Assembly (NCBI GenBank): GCA_963806035.1
Contig: CAWDWO010000026.1
Span: 64,001-128,000, forward strand
DNA: 64,000 nucleotides
DNA from: Candidatus Krumholzibacteriota bacterium
Lineage (GTDB): Bacteria; Krumholzibacteriota; Krumholzibacteriia; JAJRXK01
Direction of reading: 5' to 3'
Within the stretch, counting starts at the first letter, position 1. Every line of letters starts with the position of its first letter. This document shows, one piece after another, positions 10,090 through 17,842 of this stretch. The notes under the pieces were generated by a model. It worked only from the letters and a program-made list of their open reading frames with translations. It did not search any database and was not told the origin of the DNA. The position numbers and the translations under genes are program-made.

Positions 10090-11436
10090 GTGGGACACAT
10101 CGCATCGCGCTGGATCGACATCATGAGGCATCAGCTGCAACGCGTTGACTTAAAGCGTTTTCTAGAATCTGAGGTCCCCCTCGAGTGTCTACGGAGCGGC
10201 CTGCGCGAGCAGGTCGAGTCCGCACTCACCGAGGGAGGGGAGCTGTACGCGCTCACCAGGCGCGTGGTGGCGGAACTGCGCGAACTCGGGCTTCTGCGTC
10301 CGGTGGGCCGGCTGCGCGAGGGCCGGCGCAACGTCACGCTCTACGCGGTGGAAGGCTCGCCCCGCGCGTACGATCTGCGTCCTCTCTTGACCTCCGCGGC
10401 CCAGGTGGATGCCGAACCCGTCCCTGACCCCTCCCGCGAGCCGAAGCCAGACCCCACCGAGCCTCCGCGCGCGAAGCGGCCCCTGGAGGGTGAGACCCCG
10501 GCGCTGGAGCCCTCGGTGGGAGCGGTGACCCTGGCCGCCATCCGCGGCACCTTCCAGCGCGACTGGATCAGCTACGGGCTGGACGCCAGCCTGGAGAATC
10601 TCATTCGCGCCCTGCGCAACTCGCTCGGAGATCCCACGCTCCGTTTGTTGCTCTGGGGCGAACGCCTGCCCCGGCAGCTCGGCCAGGGGCGCGGATGGCA
10701 GTTGGCCACGCGCGGAGACAGCCTGAGTCTCGCCCTCGAGCGGGCCCAGGCCGGCGCCCTTCCCGCCGGGGGGATCGTGGCGCAGGGATCACGTTGGTAT
10801 CCGCTGTGGCTCGACGATCAACTCGTGGGGGCTCTGGGCGCGGATCCCAAGCTCGAGCCGGCGTTGGTGGAGCAAGCGGCGGGGGCGGCGGGAGATCTGA
10901 TCGCGGCGGTGGGCCGCAGTCAGCGCCGGGTGTTCAACGATCCTCTGACGGGCGTGCACAATCGCGGCTTTTTCGATCGGCAGTTCTCGGTGGAGATGGA
11001 GCGCAGCCGGCGCTCCGGCGAGCCCCTGGGTCTGCTCTTCGCGGACCTCGACCTCTTCAAGAACATCAATGACGAATACGGCCATGAGGCCGGCGACATG
11101 GTCCTGCGCAACGTGGCTTCGTTGCTCGTCGCGCAGCTGCGTCGCATCGACTACGTCTTCCGCTACGGAGGAGAAGAGTTCGCGATTCTGCTACCGGGAA
11201 CCGATCTGGAGGAGTCCGCGCGCACCGCGCGCCGTCTGTGCAGCGCGGTCGAGGCATCCGAGCTCAGACTCGAGGGCGACGTGATCTTGCACGTGAGCTT
11301 GAGCATCGGTGTGGCGGTGTTCCCCGAGCACGCGGACGATGAACGCGTTCTGATGCGACGAGCGGATCTGGCGATGTATCAGGCCAAACAAGAGGGACGC
11401 AATTGCGTGCGGTTGTGGGGGAGCAACGGACCCTGA
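10090..11436 (+). CDS. Diguanylate cyclase (GGEEF) with uncharacterised N-terminal and GAF-like regions; start could be 10123
   Basis: DPLTGVHNR, DLDLFKNINDEYGHEAGD, RRID I-site, RYGGEEF, ADLAMYQAKQEGRN. Confidence 0.9.
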   Translation: MGHIASRWIDIMRHQLQRVDLKRFLESEVPLECLRSGLREQVESALTEGGELYALTRRVVAELRELGLLRPVGRLREGRRNVTLYAVEGSPRAYDLRPLLTSAAQVDAEPVPDPSREPKPDPTEPPRAKRPLEGETPALEPSVGAVTLAAIRGTFQRDWISYGLDASLENLIRALRNSLGDPTLRLLLWGERLPRQLGQGRGWQLATRGDSLSLALERAQAGALPAGGIVAQGSRWYPLWLDDQLVGALGADPKLEPALVEQAAGAAGDLIAAVGRSQRRVFNDPLTGVHNRGFFDRQFSVEMERSRRSGEPLGLLFADLDLFKNINDEYGHEAGDMVLRNVASLLVAQLRRIDYVFRYGGEEFAILLPGTDLEESARTARRLCSAVEASELRLEGDVILHVSLSIGVAVFPEHADDERVLMRRADLAMYQAKQEGRNCVRLWGSNGP

Positions 11437-11553
11437 GCGCGCGCCCCTGAGCTGGGATGCGTTCGCGCACTCGCTGCGCTATTCTCTCTTTTGTCTTCGC
11501 GCGCCTCCTAAATTTTTTCGCGAGTCTCCCCGTAGCGGCCACGCCGGCCGCGC

Positions 11554-13764
11554 GTGGTGCAACCCCTCTGGTGTCTTTTTCTGGCCATCCTCTTGGGACA
11601 CGCCGTGGCGGGTCCGCGGGTCGAACTCTGCGCGCGGGCGATGGCGCTCGCGATCTTTCTGCTGCTCTTCTTCAGGGAACGCGCCCAGAGCCGGAGCTGG
11701 TTGCTGGGGCTCTTCTTGGGCTTGGCCGGTGGATTGCGCTTGCAGTCCGAGCTGCGCGCCCTGCGCGCGTGGGATGGTTATTCGGGAAGCGCGCGCGTCA
11801 TGGTAGCCCGCAGCAGCCCCCGAGGAAGCGAGCTCTGGCTGCGTGGGCCAAAACTTCCCGTGGTGCGGGCGCGCGTGAGTGGGCTTTCGGGGATCGGGCG
11901 GGGAGCGAGGACGCGCGTGGCGCTGCGGTGCTGGTTGCCCAAGGCGCGGCGCAATCCCGACGATACCGACCGCTTGCGGGCGGGCCTGGCGCGGCCGCCT
12001 CTTCTGCGGGCGAAGCTCTTGGAATCCGCGCACTGGCTAGGGCCAAGGAGGCCGCCCCCCAGGGGGCTGCGCGAAGCGTTGCGTCGCGCTCTGCGCGCAA
12101 GACTGCAGCCGACGATGGGCGAGGGAAGCGCTCTGTGGTCGGCTCTGCTTTTGGGCGACCGGCAAGATTTGAGCGAGGGAGCGCGCGAACGCTTCCGCCA
12201 CTTGGGCCTGGCTCACATGCTGGCCCTCAGCGGTCTGCACGTGGGTCTGGTTGCTCTCCTTCTCTTGCGGCTGAGCCGGCGCAGCCGGCAGAACGCGAGC
12301 GCCTGGATCCTGCTTCCGCTCGGCGCGTGGGCGCTGGCGGCCGGGCTCTCCCCCTCGCTCTTGCGCGCGGTGGCCATTCTGGCCTGGCTGATCGGCGGCA
12401 AAAGCCAAGGGCGAATGCGAAGGCCGGTCGATGGTCTGGCCGCCGCGGGGATCCTGGAGCTTCTGCTGCGGCCCGAGAGCGTCGCCGCGCTGGGGTGGTG
12501 GCTGAGTTACGCCGCGACACTGGCCCTTCTGCGGGTGGCCCAACATCTGCCGCGAAGCCGCGTGCTCGCGGCGCTGGTGGCGGTGACGGTGGCTCCCCTG
12601 GGAACGCTGCCCTGGACGCTGGGAGTCTTTGGTCGGTTGCCCTTGGCCGCGCCGCTGTGGAACCTGCTCCTGGGCCCTCTCTTCGCCCTGCTCATGGGCG
12701 CGGGATGCCTGCTGGTCCTGGTGGCTCTCGTTCTGCCGCCATGTGCTCCAGCAAGTCTAACGATTCTAGCTGTTTGTACTCATGGCTTCGGGTATTTATT
12801 GAAGCTGGTGGCCGCCGTGGATCCGGGCGGCCTGGGCCACCCGGGACTGCACGGCTGGGCCTGGGTGCTGGCCCTCGGTGGCGCGGGACTTTTGTTGCTT
12901 CCCGATCTGCGCATCCCCTTGGCACGGCGGCTGGCGGCGGTGGCCTGCCTGCTCGTGCTCGTGCACGCGCGCGCCTTCCTGGCCCCGGGGGCGAGCTGGT
13001 GGAGTCTGGACGTGGGGCAGGGGGACGGAGGGGTGCTGCGCGTGGGGCGCGCGAGCTGCCTGGTGATCGACTGCGGTCCGGGGCCCTGGCACGGCGGGCC
13101 GGAGCGCGTGATCTCGCCCTATCTCTCGCGGCGCAATCTGCGGGGAGCGTCGCTGCTGGTGACCCACGGGCATCGCGACCACTACGGGGGCGCGCTCGCT
13201 CTGCTGCATTCGGGCCGCATCGCCGCGCTCTATTTGGGAGCGGTGGAGCGAGGACGCCCGTGGACTGCGCCCATTCTGGCCGCGGCCCAGCGCGCGCGGG
13301 TTGCCGTGCATTGGTTCGCCCGCGGGGATTCGTTGAAGGTGGGCCAGTGGACCCTGCGTTGTCTGTGGCCCACCAAGACGGCCGGCGACTTCAGCACCAA
13401 CAACCGCAGCGTGGTCCTGAGGGGCGGACCCGCCTTCGCGCCGATCTTGTGGACAGGGGATCTGGAGAGGGAAGCCGAAGCGAAGCTGCTCGCCACGCAG
13501 CAAAAATTGCGCTGTGAGGTGTTGAAGGTGGCGCATCACGGCTCCAAAACCGGCACCTCCGACGCGCTGCTCGCGCGGCTTGAAGGAAGCGTCGCGCTCA
13601 TCTCCTGCGGAGTGGGCAACCGCTATCACCACCCGCATGCGCCGACTCTCGCAGCTCTGCGCGCGCACGCCTGGCGGGTGTTGCGCACGGACCGCCAAGG
13701 GGCGGTGGGAGTCCGTTGGTGGGCCCACCGCCTGCAAATTCGCAGCGTGGGGCCGTCGCCTTGA
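11554..13764 (+). CDS. comEC: DNA internalisation competence protein ComEC/Rec2
   Basis: ALLLGDR, HMLALSGLHV, multiple TM helices, LDVGQGD, THGHRDHYGG, KVAHHGS, NRYHHP, RTDRQG. Confidence 0.92.
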   Translation: MVQPLWCLFLAILLGHAVAGPRVELCARAMALAIFLLLFFRERAQSRSWLLGLFLGLAGGLRLQSELRALRAWDGYSGSARVMVARSSPRGSELWLRGPKLPVVRARVSGLSGIGRGARTRVALRCWLPKARRNPDDTDRLRAGLARPPLLRAKLLESAHWLGPRRPPPRGLREALRRALRARLQPTMGEGSALWSALLLGDRQDLSEGARERFRHLGLAHMLALSGLHVGLVALLLLRLSRRSRQNASAWILLPLGAWALAAGLSPSLLRAVAILAWLIGGKSQGRMRRPVDGLAAAGILELLLRPESVAALGWWLSYAATLALLRVAQHLPRSRVLAALVAVTVAPLGTLPWTLGVFGRLPLAAPLWNLLLGPLFALLMGAGCLLVLVALVLPPCAPASLTILAVCTHGFGYLLKLVAAVDPGGLGHPGLHGWAWVLALGGAGLLLLPDLRIPLARRLAAVACLLVLVHARAFLAPGASWWSLDVGQGDGGVLRVGRASCLVIDCGPGPWHGGPERVISPYLSRRNLRGASLLVTHGHRDHYGGALALLHSGRIAALYLGAVERGRPWTAPILAAAQRARVAVHWFARGDSLKVGQWTLRCLWPTKTAGDFSTNNRSVVLRGGPAFAPILWTGDLEREAEAKLLATQQKLRCEVLKVAHHGSKTGTSDALLARLEGSVALISCGVGNRYHHPHAPTLAALRAHAWRVLRTDRQGAVGVRWWAHRLQIRSVGPSP

Positions 13765-13789
13765 CGCTGTGAGAGGGCGGCATTATGCT
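13761..13789 (+). promoter_or_regulatory. Putative sigma-70 promoter of purC-purH-guaA
   Basis: TTGACG-17 nt-TATGCT; -35 overlaps comEC stop. Confidence 0.65.
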
Positions 13790-13837
13790 GCCGCCGCGCA
13801 CACGCGGGAATTCCCCATCTTTGGAAAGAGATCGAGC

Positions 13838-14749
13838 ATGAATTGCCCGTTTCCGACCCTGGTCCGCTGCGAGGAGCTCGGACTATCGCCGGATTACAGC
13901 GGTAAAGTCCGCGAAATCTTCGAACTGGGCGACACCCTCCTGCTGGTCGCCACCGATCGCATCAGCGCCTTCGACGTCATCATGGACGATCCGGTTCCCG
14001 GCCGGGGCGCTCTCCTCACCCAGATGACCCTCGCATGGTATGACTACTTCGGGAACTCGCTGAAACACCATCTGATCCACGGAAATGCTGAGGATCTTCC
14101 TGAACCCTTCCGGCGCCACGCCGATCGCCTGCGCGGCCGCGTGATGCTGGTGCGGCGCGCCAAGCCCCCCGAGGTGGAGGCGGTGGTGCGCGGCTATCTG
14201 GCCGGCAGCGGCCTGCGCGACTATCAGGCGAGCGGCGCGGTCTGCGGCCACGAGCTTCCCGCGGGGATGGTGAACTCGCAGAAGTTCGTCAAGCCCCTCT
14301 TCACCCCGGCCACCAAGGCCAAGAGCGGTCACGACGAGAACATCGACGAAAGCCGCGCGCGGGAGATCCTGGGCGACAGGGGATTCGAAGAGGTGCGCGA
14401 GAAGAGCCTGTGGATCTACGAGCGGGCCAGTCGCATGGCGAAGGAGCGTGGGATCATCATCGCCGACACGAAATTCGAGTTCGGGCTGATGGATGGGGAG
14501 TGGATCCTGGTCGACGAACTCCTGACTCCCGACTCCTCGCGCTATTGGGATGCAGAGCGCTATGAGGCGGGGCGCGAGCAGGACAGCATGGACAAGCAGG
14601 TCCTGCGCAATCATCTGGCGACTCTGGACTGGAACAAGAGCTATCCACCGCCGAAGCTGGATCCCGCCATTTTGGAGCGCACCTACGAAGTCTATCTCGA
14701 GATCTTCCGCCGTCTCTTTCCCGAACGAGCCCGGGAGTGTGGAGCTTGA
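13838..14749 (+). CDS. purC: SAICAR synthase
   Basis: SGKVRE, ATDRISAFD, RGYLAGSG, FTPATKA, GHDENI, ADTKFEFG, DELLTPDSSRYW. Confidence 0.96.
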   Translation: MNCPFPTLVRCEELGLSPDYSGKVREIFELGDTLLLVATDRISAFDVIMDDPVPGRGALLTQMTLAWYDYFGNSLKHHLIHGNAEDLPEPFRRHADRLRGRVMLVRRAKPPEVEAVVRGYLAGSGLRDYQASGAVCGHELPAGMVNSQKFVKPLFTPATKAKSGHDENIDESRAREILGDRGFEEVREKSLWIYERASRMAKERGIIIADTKFEFGLMDGEWILVDELLTPDSSRYWDAERYEAGREQDSMDKQVLRNHLATLDWNKSYPPPKLDPAILERTYEVYLEIFRRLFPERARECGA

Positions 14750-16254
14750 AGAACCAGAGAAAAGCGCTGTTGAGCGTCACCGACAAACGGGGCCTGCCCG
14801 GCTTGGGAAAGGCCCTCGTCGAGAACGGCTACGAGTTGCTCGCCTCGGGCGGCACGGCCAAGTGTTTGCGCGACGCGAATCTCGCGGTCACCGAAGTGGC
14901 GAAGTACACCGGACAGGCCGAGATCCTCGCGGGCCGGGTGAAGACCCTGCATCCCGCGATCGCGGCCGGGATCCTGGCCCCGGGAGAGAGTGATCTTCAG
15001 GGGACCGGATTTCAGACCATCGATCTGGTGGTGGTCAATCTCTACGATTTTCAGGGCGAATTGAAGCGGGGCGGAAACGAGGAAGCTCTGGTGGAGTCGA
15101 TCGACATCGGTGGGCCCACGCTCTTGCGCGCCGGCGCGAAAAACTTCGCGCGAGTGACGGTTCTCAGTGATCCGGATTCGTATCCCGCGTTCATCGAAGA
15201 GATGGAGCGCCACGAGGGCGGAAGTTGTCTCAAGTTCCGCCGCAAGATGGCCCAAAGAGTGTTTCGGCATACCGCGCGTTACGACGCGTTGATCGCGGAC
15301 AATCTCTTCGGCGGAAGCAGCGAGGCGAGGGACGAACACGAACTGCGCTACGGGGAGAATCCGCACCAGAAAGCGAGCTGGAGAGTTCGCGGGGGCGGAG
15401 ATCTCGGCGAACTCGGGATCACTCTCCACGGCGGCAAGGAACTCAGCTACAACAACCTGGTGGACCTGGTGGCGGCGCTGAAGCTCGCGCTGGATTTGCC
15501 GCGCAACGCGTGCGCGATCCTCAAGCACACCAATCCCTGCGGCGTCGGCCTGGGGGATACCCCCCTGCGCGCCTTCGAGAGGGCGCTGGCCGGAGATCCG
15601 GTCTCGGCCTTCGGCGGGATCGTGGTCTTCGGCAGCGAGCTGGATGGCCCCGCCGCCGAACGCCTGAAGGAGATGTTCCTGGAGGTGGTGGCCGCGCCCT
15701 CTTTTGATACCAGCGCGCGGGAGCTTCTGGCCAAGAAAAAGAAGCTGCGCGTTCTCAGCGTGGATCTGGCCCGCTTCGCGGCGAGCACCAAGGAAGCGGA
15801 GCGTCGTTGGGGTCGGCTCGTGTTGCGGCAGGAGGAGGACGAGAACTTTCCCGAGCTGGAACGCTGGCAGCAGGTCGCGGGACCGGCTCCCGGCGAGGAC
15901 ACCCTCGCCGCGGCGCGACTGGCCTGGGTGGTGGCGAAGCACGTCAAGAGCAACGCGATCGTTCTCGCCGACGCCAGCGGAACTCTCGGGATCGGAGCGG
16001 GACAGATGAGCCGCGTGGATTCCTGCCGTCTCGCGATCGAGAAGGCGCACGACGCCAAGATGGAACTGGCCGGATGCGCGGCGGCCAGCGACGGCTTCTT
16101 TCCCTTCCCGGACGGACCCACCGTACTGGCGGAGGCGGGCGCTGCCACCATCATCCAACCCGGCGGATCCATTCGCGACGAGGAGGTCGTGCAAGCAGCG
16201 CAAGAGCTGGGCGTGCGCCTGTTCCACACCGCGGTAAGACACTTCCGTCACTGA
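14746..16254 (+). CDS. purH: Bifunctional AICAR transformylase/IMP cyclohydrolase (TTG 14746 or GTG 14737 start)
   Basis: ALLSVTDK, GRVKTLHP, IDIGGPT, LRYGENPHQ, KHTNPCG, GAGQMSRVDS, ASDGFFPF, RHFRH. Confidence 0.96.
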   Translation: MKNQRKALLSVTDKRGLPGLGKALVENGYELLASGGTAKCLRDANLAVTEVAKYTGQAEILAGRVKTLHPAIAAGILAPGESDLQGTGFQTIDLVVVNLYDFQGELKRGGNEEALVESIDIGGPTLLRAGAKNFARVTVLSDPDSYPAFIEEMERHEGGSCLKFRRKMAQRVFRHTARYDALIADNLFGGSSEARDEHELRYGENPHQKASWRVRGGGDLGELGITLHGGKELSYNNLVDLVAALKLALDLPRNACAILKHTNPCGVGLGDTPLRAFERALAGDPVSAFGGIVVFGSELDGPAAERLKEMFLEVVAAPSFDTSARELLAKKKKLRVLSVDLARFAASTKEAERRWGRLVLRQEEDENFPELERWQQVAGPAPGEDTLAAARLAWVVAKHVKSNAIVLADASGTLGIGAGQMSRVDSCRLAIEKAHDAKMELAGCAAASDGFFPFPDGPTVLAEAGAATIIQPGGSIRDEEVVQAAQELGVRLFHTAVRHFRH

Positions 16255-16267
16255 GAAAGGACGAGGA

Positions 16268-17808
16268 ATGAGCCACCGGCCCACCATCGTGGTCGTGGAC
16301 TTCGGTTCCCAGTACAGCCAGCTCATCACACGCCGCCTGCGCGAGCTGGGCGCGTTCAGTGAACTCATCACTCCCGCCATGAGCGAGAGCTTGAGGGGGC
16401 GCGAGGACCTGGCCGGCATCATCCTGTCCGGAGGACCTTCGAGCGTCAGCGAGGCGGAAGCCCCGGGCAGCGGGGGGACGCTGGTGGGCTTGGGCAAGCC
16501 CGTGCTGGGGATCTGCTACGGGATGCAACTCATGGCGCAGGAGTTGGGGGGGAAGGTCGAGCGCGCCAAGGGCCGGGAGTACGGCGACGCCCGCCTGGAG
16601 ATCGCGGTGCAAAGTCGCCTCTTCCATTCCACGCCGGCTCTGCAAAACGTCTGGATGAGCCACGGCGATCAGGTGACGAAAGTCCCGGAGGGATTCAAGG
16701 TCACCGCGCAATCGGAGGACGGCGTCATCGCCGCCATGGCCGACGAGCTGCGCGGCTTCTACGCGCTGCAGTTCCATCCCGAGGTGAGTCACACTCAGTA
16801 CGGGATGCACATCCTCGAGAACTTCGTGCGCACCATCTGCAAGGTCGAGGAGGGATGGGATCGCGGTTCGTTCATCGAGGAAGAGATCGCTTCGATTCGC
16901 AAGAAAGTTGGCGAGGATCGCGTGCTCTGCGCGGTGAGCGGGGGAGTGGATTCCACCGTGATGGCGGTTCTCGTCGATCGCGCGGTGGGCCCGCAGTTGA
17001 CCGCGGTCTTCGTGGACAACGGATTGCTTCGCCAGGGCGAGGCGCCGCGCGTGGCCAAGCGTCTGGGCGCGCTTCTGCACCACCGGCTTCAAGTCGTCGA
17101 CGCGCGCGAGACATTTCTGAAGCGCTTGAAGGGGGTGACCGATCCCGAGGAGAAGCGGCGGATCATCGGCCACACTTTCATCGATGTCTTCGAGGAGGCG
17201 GCGAAAGCTCACGGCCCCTTCAAATTTCTCGCGCAGGGAACCCTCTATCCGGATCGCATCGAGAGCCTCTCGGTGAAGGGGCCGAGTCACGTGATCAAGA
17301 CCCACCACAACGTGGGTGGGCTCCCCGAGCGGCTGGGCTTTGAACTCATCGAACCTCTGGCCGAACTCTTCAAGGACGAAGTGCGGGCCATCGGCGCGCA
17401 GCTGAACATCTCCTCCGAGCTGCTAACGCGGCATCCCTTTCCCGGCCCGGGCCTGGCCGTACGATGTCTGGGTGAAGTCGACGAAGAGCGTCTCTCACTG
17501 CTCAGGCAGGCCGACGCGATCTTCATCGAGGAGCTGCGGCGCAGCGGACTCTACGACCGGATCTGGCAGGCGGGCGCGGTGCTGTTGCCCTTGAAGAGCG
17601 TGGGGGTCATGGGGGACGCACGCAGCTACGAGAGCGTGGTGGCCCTGCGGGCAGTGACCAGCGGGATGCCATGACCGCGGATTGGGCGCGGATTCCCGAC
17701 GAAGTTCTCGCGCGGGTGAGCAGCCGCATCGTGCGCGAGGTTCCCGGAGTGAATCGCGTGGTCTACGACATCTCGTCCAAACCCCCCTCGACCATCGAGT
17801 GGGAGTGA
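16268..17808 (+). CDS. guaA: GMP synthase (glutamine-hydrolysing); one frameshift near 17664
   Basis: [43 protein letters not shown]-terminus [30 protein letters not shown] in a shifted frame ending TGA 17806-17808. Confidence 0.95.
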
Positions 17809-17842
17809 GTTTGGTCCCGCTTGCGCGCCTTCCGTATATTCT

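Noticed and set aside
11457..13517. 686-aa + strand ORF overlapping comEC
   Set aside because: Arg/Ala/Gly-rich off-frame sequence; the comEC frame carries all family motifs.
13790..13837. Purine or ZTP riboswitch upstream of purC-purH
   Set aside because: Leader only about 40 nt after the predicted promoter; no conserved aptamer sequences recognised.
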